From Basidiobolus meristosporus CBS 931.73 (taxonomy: Eukaryota > Fungi > Basidiobolomycota), in NCBI GenBank assembly GCA_002104905.1, contig MCFE01000017.1, forward strand, positions 186,632 to 250,631: a stretch of DNA of 64,000 nt, written 5' to 3'. The position numbers were made by a program, and so were the translations under genes. The notes under the pieces were generated by a model that saw only the letters and a program-made list of their open reading frames with translations, was not told the DNA's origin and ran no database searches. This document shows, one piece after another, positions 48,676 through 61,242 of the stretch (its first letter is position 1; the number at the start of each line of letters is the position of its first letter).

Positions 48676-49864
48676 GATCGTATAATATAAATGAATCGCT
48701 GAGTTATCAAAACCAGTTGGATACACTTATTTCTCACGAGCGATGCTGTGCTTTTATAACATTCGTTCTGCTAGCTAAAGGAAGGTCCCAACCACCGTAT
48801 TACTACTTTAGAATAGGCAATGGTGAGGCGCAAAGTTTGCCAACTATTCCGGAAAGAATGTACATACAATGCTGGAACACTTTCTTCGGTTGCTTCTACA
48901 ACTGATAGCACGTGGATTTGTAATTCTTTCCTATATCAACAACCAATATAGCTTATCCTCTAGGCAATCAATCTCTTCGGAAACCTGCAAAGCATTTTGG
49001 GATTATCTTGTGCTTTGAAGTCCTGGAGTTCCATGACCCGATCCGCCGCTAACCCCCAAACGCCAAGGAATTGGCGCAGGTAGTGCTTATCCATCGCTAT
49101 AATAGGGAAAACAACCTAGGCTCGAATCAAATAACTCAGCATCTTGACCTGAACTTCCACTTGACCATGGATTAGATTTCGGTTGTGGTTGTGGCTTAAA
49201 GGAAGGGCTTAGAACAATTAGGAATAATGGATTGACAGTGGAACCTATCCTGCGGTGTAGCGTCTTCTACTTGTGGACAAGAGGTTCCTTGAGGTGTTTG
49301 TCAATGAGACGGGAATTTGAAGGATTGGCTAGCAGAATTCCTCGCTAGATTCCAATATTCACATCAACTCTGTGGGTAAACAATATCCCTCAAATCTAAG
49401 ATTTGTTTGTTTATTTTTCATGAAATCGACTCGGATTATATGGAAGCAACCTGCCAATATTGGATGGACAATTTTTCATGGATTCAGCATGAAATTTAGC
49501 TTTTAGTCTTGACAGGATTTGGCATCTTTGTTGACATCGATAGGATTACTTTTATGGGACGGAATTCAACCAAAACCATGGTTGAGTTATCAGTCCGCAT
49601 CATTCGTTTATGGATTTGTTTTGACCTGCAGAATGGATGATTGCTATCGTTGGCACATTCCATTTCCCCAATACGTATGCAAAATCTCCATTCATGCGTT
49701 TGGAATCCTCTGGAAGATATCCCGTCATGCATTGATAGGTGTGCATTGATGGAATTTTTTCTCACCCTGTCGGATGAACTATTATGGTCGGATTACTCTG
49801 TTAAAGGTTGTATTACGAAAACTCCAATTTTGGCCAAGGGTAAGTGCGGTCATGATAGTTGATG

Positions 49865-50012
49865 GAATCTTGGGGATGATAGTAGTTATCTTGATTAAAT
49901 TTCAATTAGCAATTGTGCTTATTTTGGTATTCGTTGATAGAATCTTGGGGATGATAGTGGATTTCTTGATTAAATTTTAATGAACAATAGTGCTTGTTTT
50001 GGCATTCATTGA
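49865..50012. repeat. Imperfect 75-bp tandem duplication (2 units)
   Basis: GAATCTTGGGGATGATAGT...TCTTGATTAAATTT...GTGCTT.TTTTGG.ATTC.TTGAT starts at 49865 and 49940. Confidence 0.85.
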
Positions 50013-50519
50013 TTACTGATCTGGAGTCATCAATGCTGTGGCTTATTTCTAAACTCCTGTGCAATTTATTCATGAGAACGCTGTTAAGAAAGTTGAAGGA
50101 ATCTTGGTTACATTTAATCACACCTCAACAGAAATGTATGATCAGGTATGCATTTCCCTCTGAAAGAAAAACATCGTAATGCGGTGCTGTCTGATAATAC
50201 TTCAATACTCAGTTTCTTAATTACTCTACAAGAACACTGATATAGATTGGTGGTCCAGATCCATACTTGAGCAAACATAGTTTATTGTTGTTAACCCTTC
50301 ACAGAGCGTTGCAAAAATCGATTATAACCTAAATATTTATGCAGCGTATTTGTCAAGTACATACAATCAAGAAATAGTGCCTTTGCTGTGATTCTAAAAT
50401 TCCTGGATTTTGCACACATATTTCGAGGTCTTTCAAAATTATAATAGCATCAGTCAATTTGTGGATTTTGCTTGCAGCCGATATATCAATTATTAAGCAT
50501 CCAACCCAACCTTATTTCG

Positions 50520-50846
50520 TGTTGTGAATTTTGTAATTACACCTTGATATTCATCTGATTTATTCACTTAGATCATAGTCTACAAATCACAGAGAATTCT
50601 GGCCAAATTCCTTGTTGGAATTTTCTTAGAATGTATTCACCAAAACATCAGGTACCCAGAACATGAAAAGTTGTTAAGTTGTCCAAACAGCCCAAACTTT
50701 GCACATATGTTCTCGAGACCATCCTAAGCATGCCCTACGTGTTTGGTTTGTCAAGATCATGTAAAAGTATTAATACTACTTTTACATTCAATAGATCAAT
50801 ATGTGAAAACCACATAGACTACTTGTTCTCCCGAACTTATACAACA
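50520..50846 (+). mobile_element. Solo Copia LTR of the same family
   Basis: TGTTGTGAA...ACAACA, collinear with the 62075 LTR; flanks TTTCG/TTTCC (4 of 5 match, likely 5-bp TSD). Confidence 0.85.
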
Positions 50847-52126
50847 TTTCCTTCACTAAAGAGGATTAGTAAATATACTGCATACGTCTCAAATCATGCT
50901 TTAGCTTTTGTTTGTGCTTGAAAACTTGTTCTTTTTCTGCGAAAGTTGACTCTCAGGCTGTAAAAAGTGAGCATTATCTGAGCTTTCATATATCTTAATA
51001 TCTCACTAGCAAAAAAATGATTGTAAAATTTGAAGGTAATTACTTTTCTTTACCCAACCTGATAATGCCTTCATTCTCATACTCCTGCATATTATAAGTT
51101 CAATGAATATCTTCAATTTAGGCATAACACTCAAGTAGAGCTTGGGTACAGGACACTGCAAACTAACTGAAGAATAGGCAGATAGGCAAGTCCTGTCAGT
51201 ATACTGACATATAAGTTCGAAATACATTGCAAATTAGTACAGGATATTAGTAAGATTGCAGAATCCATAGACAGCTATGAGAATGGTTGAAAATATGCTC
51301 CAAGGATTTACCAATATTATCTTTAGTACATATATTTGCTGGATCTCATCAGAGCACAAAATGAAAATCAACAGAATGTCAATACAAACAAAACCAACAA
51401 TTATAAACAAAAATAAAGACTGCATTTAGGAATAATACTAAATAGACTATTTGGGCCTACATATTCACCATTCATGTCCAGAGTACTCACACAAATTACT
51501 TACATTATAGCTAGGTGTGCACAACAGAAAATTTTTGGAATGGAATACTATCACAAAACTGATGAAAATGTATGAATACCATCAAAAAATCCATTGCTTA
51601 ATAAATGGACTATTGAACTAGAAATAATTTCTCAATATTCTGGCCTTTCTCAGTAGAATTAGAATATGTTGGTGATTGGATCAGTATGCTAACTTGTAGA
51701 TTACTTTGTCCTCTGATGGAATATTAAACTGAAGGTGTGGACGTCTTCGGGAAGTGATGAAAACGATCACCGATTTCAAACAAACTGGCAGCGGCCCCAT
51801 ATGCATATAAATAAATATGTGTGGCACTACTTCGTATTTAAACTTTGTATAACATACAAAACCAATAGTAATTAGCACTAAATTAGTTAATCACAGCCTC
51901 CAGCATTTTGAGCATATTATATTCTAAAACCTACAGATAAGATACGTGAATCTCTACCAGGGTGAAGCCAAAAAAATGGATATAAATTAGGTTTATTGAT
52001 ATCTATGAAGTAAGGAGATGTTGGATCTAGTGCGACAGGGCAGGTGGTAATGAAGAAGTTATGTTTGGTTCCCGGACAAAAAAAATCCCGTCCCCTTCGA
52101 CTCTATAAGAAACAGGTGAGGGTTGC

Positions 52127-55100
52127 TTAATCACTGTCGGTGTCAGGTTCCTTGGGGGCACCGGTAGGGTCCGAGAGCCATTTCAGATGTCTCTCTCTAC
52201 GGCGAACCTGTTGCGCCTTCAGCTCGTTTCTGGTCATCTTCTTCTTTTTCTTCTTGATGACCGGAGTCTTTGTTTCTGTAGCATCGGCGAAACTCTCCTC
52301 ATTGACGGCGGCGTTTCCTTTCTTCGTCACCTTACCAGCTTCCACATGCCATTGCTCCGGGCAGAGCGCACCAACAAACTCGTCATTGTGGGAGATCATA
52401 ACCACCGCACCTCCCCAGTCACGAATGGCAACTGCCAAACCACCCAGACTATCTCTGTCCAAGTAATTGGTAGGTTCATCCAAACAGAGCAGATGTGGCT
52501 TAGACCACATGGCAGCGGCGATGACCACCTTGACCTTCTGACCACCACTGAGTCCGGCAATCTCGTTGTGGTCCGCAATATCCCCGTCTAAGCCAATATC
52601 CTCGAAGTGCTTACGAATTTCGGATGGCTCCAAGTTACGATAACCAAGACCCTCCGCACTGGCCACATGTTCATCGAACTGGAGCACGATCTTGGAGAAG
52701 CCGAGTTTCAGCAACTCCTCTCTTGGAATTCTTGTGTTGTGTCTGTGGTGATATCCAACCCACTTGACCTCGTACTGGAAGGACTTGTCCAATTTGGTTC
52801 TTCCAATGATACACTAGAAAATATTGATCCCGTTAGATTTGGGGCAGAGGTGTCAGCCGGAAAAATGCTTTCTTACCTCGATCTTACGTTTCTCTCCCTT
52901 CACCTCAACTGGAACCTCCATCTGCTTGAGATCATCCTCGTCCATGACACGGGTGGCCTTTTCCAAGACCTCTCTGTCATAACCTTGGCGATATCTCCAT
53001 TGGATATATTGGTTGGGGGTCTTTTCAAGATGACGCTCCAAATGATGGAATGCATGCTGGGCAACATAACCCACACGAAGGTTGGGGTGCTTGTTGACTA
53101 GACCTTCTTGGGGGATAATTTCACCGGTGAGGAGCTTGACGATGGTTGATTTACCCGCACCATTGGGTCCAAGGATGGCCACGCGCGATGAAAGAGACAA
53201 ATTCAGGGACACATCGGTCACCGATGGCTTGGATGCCTGAGGATAGGTGTAGGATACACCGGCCATACGGATGATGGATTTGGTCTTGGACTTGACTCCC
53301 TGCAAGAGGCCAGGGTTGGGGAACTTGAATTTCACGTTACTAGCGGTAAGGGTGTAATACGACTTGGCTTCAGGTCGGACTTTGACAAATCTAAGAAACT
53401 CCATGATTAGATGACGTAGGGTTACGACAGTAGACTGTGTTACTTACTCGGCCAAGTTTCCTTTGTAGTATGCGAGCTTCTTGGTCTCATAGTGAATAAT
53501 GTCGGTAGTGACATTGTCGAGGAAGGAGGAGTCGTGACTGACAATGATACTGGTGACTGCCTTCTGGGATTTGAGGTAATTCTCCAACCAGGCGATGTTG
53601 GCAACATCGAGATGATTGGTAGGTTCGTCCAACAGAAGAATGTCTGCATTAATCAGAATGGCCCTGGCAAGCTCCAACTTCATCTTCCATCCTCCTGAAA
53701 GTGACTTGACAGCATTCTTCTGCATCTCGGCGGAAAATCCGACACTGCTCAAGGCTTGAGCGACCTCCTCGCGACTGACGTGACTCAACTTGGGGTCTAT
53801 AATGAAAAATGTAAGATTTACGAAACAGTCCCAAATACAGATAAGGGCGTAGCCTACCATTAGAGATGAAGTCAATGATAGGGAGCATAGCATCCTCTCC
53901 TTGTAAAGAATGCTCAACAAACACAGTTTTGAGCTCATCTTGTGAGGGGAACCCTTCCAATTTGCCATTGGAGATGGCTCGCATAAGCGTAGATTTACCC
54001 GCACCGTTGGCACCGCATAGACCATATCTGCGGCCACGGACTAAACGAAGGTTGGTGTGATTCAACAACATCATACCACCATAAGCCAAGGAAAAATCGA
54101 TATCACACAACACTTCGCCCTCATCCTCGTCAGTATTATCTCCAGAAGCAAACTTGACCTACAAAGATGGGTAGGTCAACTATCTATCGTGACTTTGTGC
54201 CGTAAGAGTTCATTTTTAGATACCTTGTCAACCTCCAGGTAGTGAGCTAGGAGCTCTTCAGTAATCTCGGTGGCAAGGCTTTGATCGATAAATGGCTGCA
54301 AGTATGGTGCAACAAGCTCATCTAACCATGATTCCTTGGAGAATTGACGGCTTTCTGTCAATTCAGCAATGATTGCAGCCAAGTATTGCAACTGGGTTAG
54401 CAAGTTCTTTTCGAGAATAATATCCTTCTTGGCAATCAAGGTCTTCAACTGATCCAGAACCTCTGCACGCTCGGCTTGAACATTACGATGGGTAGCTCCT
54501 TGAACAGAGCCAGCTGCCTTGACGAGGGTGGCACGAGCTTGCTGGTCAAGGCACTGACTTCAGGGGATGATGTCTCGATAATACGATCCAATCCTGGCAA
54601 AAGTTCAGGCAGATACTGGCCTGCCTCTTTAGGGTTGTTAACAAGACGGCACAAGTTGTCGACAATGATCACCGTTTTACGGAGAACTGCTTGGGAGCGA
54701 TTGCTAAGTGCTCGTACCAACAACGGAATAAGAATGGCCAGGGTAGGTCCTAATAGTCAATAAAAATTCTGATTAAGCAAACTGTACAAGGTACATATAA
54801 CTACATAACACATACCGTTAACATCAGCGACGAAAGTGGTCGATGATAGCTTGCTAATGGTAGCAGGAACATTATCTGGCTCAGCCATACACTGAACCAG
54901 ATCTGATACAAATGGCATGATATCTTGATTGTGCACTACACTGACAATCTCTGTCATAGCCTTAGTGGCAGCAGCAGCAACCTATAATTCATTGGGGGGG
55001 GTATTGGTCAAGTCTCTGCCTTCATTCACTACAGCAAAAGTTATTTAATTACCTCAGGCTTGGTATCGTGCAAGCATTCAGACAGAGGTGGAACAATAGT

Positions 55101-55628
55101 CACCAAGTTAGCAGCAATCAGATCAGAAGCCTTATCTGGGATTTGACTGACGAGCTCACACGCGCCAACCTTGGCTTGCCAACGAGCGTTGCCAGACAAA
55201 ACCTCGAAAAGAGCTTCCAGGAAAGTAGTTGCCAGGCCCTCAGGAGGAGCTAGCTGGAACATTTCCTTGGCAGCCAACTCAGCAGCCTCTCGAACAACTT
55301 CACCCTTATCAGCGTAGGCACCAAGAATCAAAGGTAGAAGGGATATGAAAAGAGGCTCACTAGTGCGGCCCATGGTACGGAACAGGGATTGGAAGCCAAT
55401 CAGACCAGATTCACGGGCAATTCCAGATTTCTTGTTCTTCACAGCTGCAGTATAACTTTCTATAACTCCATACCGGTCAAGTCCAGCTACGCCGTCTTGC
55501 TTCAGCGTAGCAGCAACTTTATCGGCATATTCGGCACATTCCTTGGAAGTTTCGGCGTTGTAAAGGCTGTTTAGTAGCTCCTTTACTTCCGCGTCTCTAC
55601 TTTCGTACAAACTTCCGTCAGCCGTCAT
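52127..55628 (-). CDS. NEW1: New1/Elf1-type eEF3-family ABC-F ATPase (HEAT, ABC1, chromodomain insertion, ABC2); apparent frameshift near 54540
   Basis: [59 protein letters not shown]; C-terminus [42 protein letters not shown] resembles New1 rather than Yef3. Confidence 0.85.
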
Positions 55629-56914
55629 AGTCAATAGAATAATACAGACTTGTGTAAAGCCGGAATAAGCAACCCATTTGATCTGGATATATATTTATAT
55701 GTCTTGGGGAATAGTTGTAAAAGAAATCCCCTTCTGGACTGAACTCGGATGATGATTGGGCTGACCTCTCATATAAATAATTTGCACAAGCATCGATAAG
55801 GTAAAATAGCCAATTATAGAGCAGTGACATGACTATGAGATGAATGATGTAAGGTTGGTTTTTTTCATCACGTTCCCAAGGCATTCGTTAAAAGTGACCA
55901 GAAAGCTGTTCGTTTATTACTGCAAATAACCAGGAACACCCGATGCTAAACATTAAAGTGAGTGTTCTGTTTAGATGTGTAGGCGTCCTGAAGCCGAAGC
56001 CAATTTTGGAAAAAAAAATATTGAAAAAAAATCAACATCGCAGTCACGATCTAGATACTATAAATTCTTGATCAGCTCCTGATATGGATTAAAGCTCTAC
56101 ATATCTGTAATATCGAGTATATTTCTCAAGTATGTGAATTAAACAACTTGCCATGACGATTAGCCAGAAGTGTTCACATTCTTGCATATTTCGGAAAATC
56201 TGAATTGTGGCAAGTCTGTCTAGCAGCTGATAACTATGATGTGTCACATGAATGGATAACGTAAACCCAAAACCATAGCTTGATATTCCACATGATATTG
56301 GTTGTTTCTCTGCCTCCAAATCTTTTATGTATGGCGCTTTGGAAGCTGTGTGAATGTATATTCCCTCTATTAAGAAGATAACATAAAGCTCCCAAGTTTA
56401 ACCAAATAGAAGGTGTTGTGTACACTCAGGTTATTAATTCTGCTTACCACCAGTGCAATATCATAACCCACATAGTCATCCAAATAGTGAAGAAAACAAA
56501 TAACTAGTGACGCAATTTTGGTAATATATAAACACCACTAAAAAGCCCTTCCCAACTTTTCGCACATCTTTCCTAAACCTTTCACAGCGCAACACAGTGG
56601 CATCGATATTAGACGTGAGAGAGAGAATAATGGCTTTGGATTTCATTTATTTCAAATAATCATTTCATCCAACTTGGGATAAGAAAATGTCCAGAGCTTC
56701 ATAGCTTTGGACAAAAAAGACATGTTTTTGTATGTACTACACGGTGTAACATTGCTCACTAAGAAGGCATTGAGAAGTCACCGAGTTACATCATTGCCAC
56801 AATGATAGTTGCATGTGCATTGATTTAATAAATCATCCCACACATGCCGTGGCTTTTGCATTGACCAGCCCGCCTTATAAATAATGCCCCATTTTTTGAG
56901 CCTAGCACATTATC

Positions 56915-57808
56915 ATGTCCCAAATCACTACGGTTGCTGTTGCTGGAAGCGGTGGAGTTGGCAGTTTTATAGTCGATGCACTCATCCGTCATCATTATCG
57001 GGTTGTCGTATTAACGAGAAGCTCAGAGTCCAAGATCCCAGGGGCAAAAGTTGTATCTATTGACTATTCTAACCATTCTGAATTGGTCGAAGTACTCCGC
57101 GGCGTAGATGCAGTAGTCTCGGCAATTTCTGGGACTGCCATTCTTGAGGGGCAGCTCCCTCTGATTGATGCAGCTTTAGAAGCTGGGGTTCAGTGGTTCC
57201 TTCCTTCTGAGTATGGAATCGATATCCGTACTCGTGAGGGCATCCGGTCTGAATTCCCTTACTACAACGAAGCTATCATCACCACAAAAGACCGTATCCG
57301 TGATAAATTAGTGCAGCATCAAGAGACCATGGCGTGGACTTTCTTGAACCCCGGGTTTTTCATCGATATAGCGCTCTCTCCTGAAATCGGATTCGACTTG
57401 GCTAACAAGAAGGCCGTAATTGTTGGGGATGGCAATGCATTAGTATCCTGGTCCACCCGTTACGATGCTGGAGAATATGTAGCGGCAATTCTCGCCAATC
57501 AAGACACAAGAAACCAAGAAGTCACACTAGCTGCTGATCTAAAGAGCCTAAACGATGTTATATCCGATATTGAATCCATTCTGAAAATCAAACTTTCAGT
57601 TACCCATCTTACAACTGAAGAGGCGATCTCTATTGTGAAGAACTCTACCTTCGCAACGCCATACGACGGATTTATTGAAGAGACTAAAAGGATTTTGGGT
57701 GGCGGCTATGTCCATCAGGAAGTCAACGAGATTCACAGATTCCAAAATCTTAAAACTATATCAGTCAGAGATTACATCAGTTGCCTACAAGGTGGAGCGT
57801 TTCACTAA
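56915..57808 (+). CDS. NmrA-like / isoflavone-reductase-like NAD(P)-binding oxidoreductase
   Basis: VAVAGSGGVG Rossmann motif, LRGVDAVVSA, LIDAALEAGVQWFLPSEYG, WTFLNPGFFID; intronless; TATAAAT upstream. Confidence 0.9.
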   Translation: MSQITTVAVAGSGGVGSFIVDALIRHHYRVVVLTRSSESKIPGAKVVSIDYSNHSELVEVLRGVDAVVSAISGTAILEGQLPLIDAALEAGVQWFLPSEYGIDIRTREGIRSEFPYYNEAIITTKDRIRDKLVQHQETMAWTFLNPGFFIDIALSPEIGFDLANKKAVIVGDGNALVSWSTRYDAGEYVAAILANQDTRNQEVTLAADLKSLNDVISDIESILKIKLSVTHLTTEEAISIVKNSTFATPYDGFIEETKRILGGGYVHQEVNEIHRFQNLKTISVRDYISCLQGGAFH

Positions 57809-59009
57809 CTCTGAAACGCCACCCGGAAGACAACACGACATTTATAGAACGTTGCTAAACAATACGAATCAAGTAATAGGCGAATGGCATTGTTATTTTA
57901 ATATATTTTGATCAATATTTCCACTTTATCTTTGCCATTATAAAACCAAAAATACACTGGTCATTTACTTGTGTTTCATTAATATGTTAGTAGTGTTCTA
58001 TCAACTCATTTCATTATGCTGGTTGATCTCATGTCATTAGATTGTTTTTTTGGGCATAATATGAAGTGGGCCGAATAGGGTGCTTTGACTTATTTCAAAG
58101 TGCGAAGTTTCCTATGTTACCTAAAGGCATTCCATGTTTTGATACTCTCCAACATGTTTATCACTTGCTTTTATAAATTTCATTACAAATATATACATAT
58201 CTTTTATTTCTGCTCAACAAATTTTTGAAAGAATGGCATGCATACTATTAGTTATCTTGACATTGTTTCATTTTAACATGTACCTTCATGAATTCCAAGT
58301 GAGGTAATTGTTTCTTAGGATGAATAACTCTATGGACGCCAAGTTACTATATGGAAACTCTGACTTTTATACATATTTGGCTTTGTATTTGTAACCACTT
58401 GATAATTTACCCAAATCCGTTGTCTTATAACAGAATCAAGCCATGTTGGATATAACCCGCTTCAGCATCACCATTTAACAACATATAAATGCCAATATCC
58501 TGTTGAAATCAGCACAATTCACTGGACTTTATGTTTTCGGAATATACTGTACTGTGCGATACTAAGTCCAGAGATAGGCACATAATAAAAAATATGGTTA
58601 TTTAGTAGCCATCTACAAATAACCCCAACTAGTTCAGGGTTTTTTGACAATGAATCACCATACTCTGTAGCGCAGATAACTGGGCTTTGTTCATTCCACA
58701 GAGTTTATGAGTTGGCCCAGGTAATAGACCACAGAGGTAAGCATAAAATATAGCCGTTTGTGGTAAAGTTTCCAACATTGCGATTCATTCAGATACATCG
58801 AATTGTTGTTGTACTAAAGCCACAGCATCCTTATAAGGAGATTTTAACACTGAGTGGACTTTGATCTAGGGACCGAAATTTGCATCCGGTATCCACCTCA
58901 CCAACTACAAATACCAAATATATACTAGTAATAGTGCGTGCTAGAATTCACATGGTTAATTGGCTGCGACAACCAGTTGACAGGACCAGGCAAAAAGTTA
59001 ACTTATATT

Positions 59010-61015
59010 GTAATACACCATCTCTATCTGCCTACGATAATTAAGTTCCAATAACCTACAAGAGGGTCACTGATTGTAAGATTCAATTCGTGGTAGCACC
59101 TAGAGGTTATCATATCCTTAAAAAAGTGTTTTCCCCAGCAGGTACACCGATTATAGTAAGAATACCCATTTCACCAACTCACGAGTAAAAATCAACCACC
59201 AACTAAATATACCAAATATATTCTAGCGTCGGTGCGTGCCAAAATCTCCAAGGTTCATTGGCTACGATAACCAGTTGGCAAGAGTAACACATAAAGTGTT
59301 CCGGAGGTTGAGTTGGGACCAACCTCTGGCTTCTGTACACCTACGTGCGGTCTCCCCTTCTCAAGATTGGTAGTTCATTGGCGGCAAGTTACACACCCGC
59401 TCTCAAAGTATATAAATCGCCAGAGCCCTTTCAGTGTTTTCCATACTATCTCTAGGTCTCCAGATAAGTACAATAATGTCCAATTCGCTTCACTCTTTGG
59501 GTGAGTCTAAGCTCACTGGCTGGCATCTTCGAGCAATTATCGTGGCAGGTATTGGATTCTTCACCGATGCCTATGATATCTTTATCATCAACCTCGCAGT
59601 TCCGATGATGGGCTATGTCTATTATACCAATAACAACAACAAGATTCCCAAACAGTACGAAGGCCCATTGAAAGGGGCCACTGCCTTTGGTACATTGATT
59701 GGACAACTACTGTTTGGCTACCTAGGGGATCGTCTTGGAAGAAAGAAGATGTATGGCTCAGAGTTGATTATCATTATTTTTGCTACCATCTGCTGTGCAA
59801 TTGCTGGTTCGTGGGCTAAAGGAGTGAACGTGATTGCCATCCTTGGCTTTTGGCGCTTCATTCTCGGAATTGGCATAGGAGGTGACTACCCAGTGTCGGC
59901 AGTAATCACATCAGAGTTTGCCTCAACAAAAAGAAGAGGCATGATGATTGCCGCCGTCTTTGCGTCCCAAGGAACTGGTATTTTGGTCGGAGCGCTGTTT
60001 ACTGTGATCATGTTGGCTATCTTCCAAGGGGCCATCCGGGCGGATCAGAACAACTTCGATTATGTTTGGAGACTGATGCTTGCTTTTGGATGCGTTCCTG
60101 CCATTTTTACCGTGTACTTCCGTTTGACCATGCCCGAATCACCACGCTATACTTTGGAAGTGAATGGAGATCCGGAAAAGGCAGCCGAGGACTTGAGAGG
60201 AATCATGAATGTCGAAGACAAGGATCGCGTGGAGGCGCATCATCAGATAGCTAAGGTTGAACGCCCACAACTGACCTTCACTGAGCATTTCGGACAGTGG
60301 AAGAATCTCAAGGTGTTGCTAGGTACCTCGTTGTCCTGGTTTTTCCTCGACATTGCCTTCTATGGACTCTCCCTTAACCAGTCATACGTCCTACAAGCGA
60401 TCGGATATTCCTCAAAAGGCCTCTCTCCTTACGATGCCATGTGGACTGAGGCCGTTGGAAATCTAATCATTCTCATTAATGGGAACTGTCCCAGGCTACT
60501 GGTTCACGGTGTTCCTTATTGAACGCATGGGCCGAATCAAGATCCAGTTGATGGGATTCGCCTTTTTAACCATCATTTTCATCATACTCTCTGCTGGCTT
60601 TTACAAGATTCGGGACACAGCAGTTGCGCTATTCGTCGCATTGTTTACCTTGGCCCAGTTCTTCTTCAATTTCGGCCCAAATACCACCACATTTGTCCTT
60701 CCATCCGAGGTATTCCCCACTCGCTTCCGTTCCACTGCTCACGGTATCTCGGCTGCTTCCGGAAAGCTTGGAGCCAATCATCGCTACTTTCGGCTTCAAT
60801 CAATTGGTGGAGATTGGTGGTAAGGATGGAGAGCACGCTTTCCTTCCACAAACCCTCGGAATCTTTGCTGCCATCATGTTCCTTGGATTTCTATCAACCT
60901 TCTGGGTACCTGAAACCAAGGGCAAATCTTTGGAAGAGATTTCCGGGGAAGATAGCTAGAGCATTAATCACACATGTCAAATAGAATCACCACTTAAATA
61001 TATCACATAATTAAT
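59010..61015 (+). repeat. Right arm of the ~2-kb inverted duplication
   Basis: Reverse-complement match to ~1995-3985. Confidence 0.95.
59476..60959 (+). pseudogene. PHO84: Second PHO84-like copy with two +1 insertions (pseudogene or consensus error)
   Basis: 1484 nt versus 1482 nt; extra C at ~60472 (ATCATT[C]TCATTA) and extra A at ~60777 (GCC[A]ATC); the substitutions I found are synonymous. Confidence 0.75.
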
Positions 61016-61242
61016 ACCATAAGTTGACCATAAAACCATGCACTTTGGATAAATATAATGGTACTCCTATATTTCCTGCTCAGTCATGGGATATTAGTGA
61101 CAAACTATATCTCAAATATTGCAAGTAACTAGCGGGTTCACTCCACCAGCCAACTGAAATTAAACTAATTCCTCAAGTAAACTAGGCTTGGAGAGTACAA
61201 TAATTACCAAAAGTTAAAATATCAACTTCAGTAACTTAAATT

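Noticed and set aside
56915-57808. Intronless NmrA-like gene as a bacterial horizontal transfer
   Set aside because: The family is common in fungi and several clearly fungal genes here are also intronless; this needs a phylogeny.
1995-61015. PHO84 arms as terminal inverted repeats of a giant transposon
   Set aside because: The boundaries are diffuse, there is no TSD or transposase/recombinase, and the interior is core housekeeping genes.
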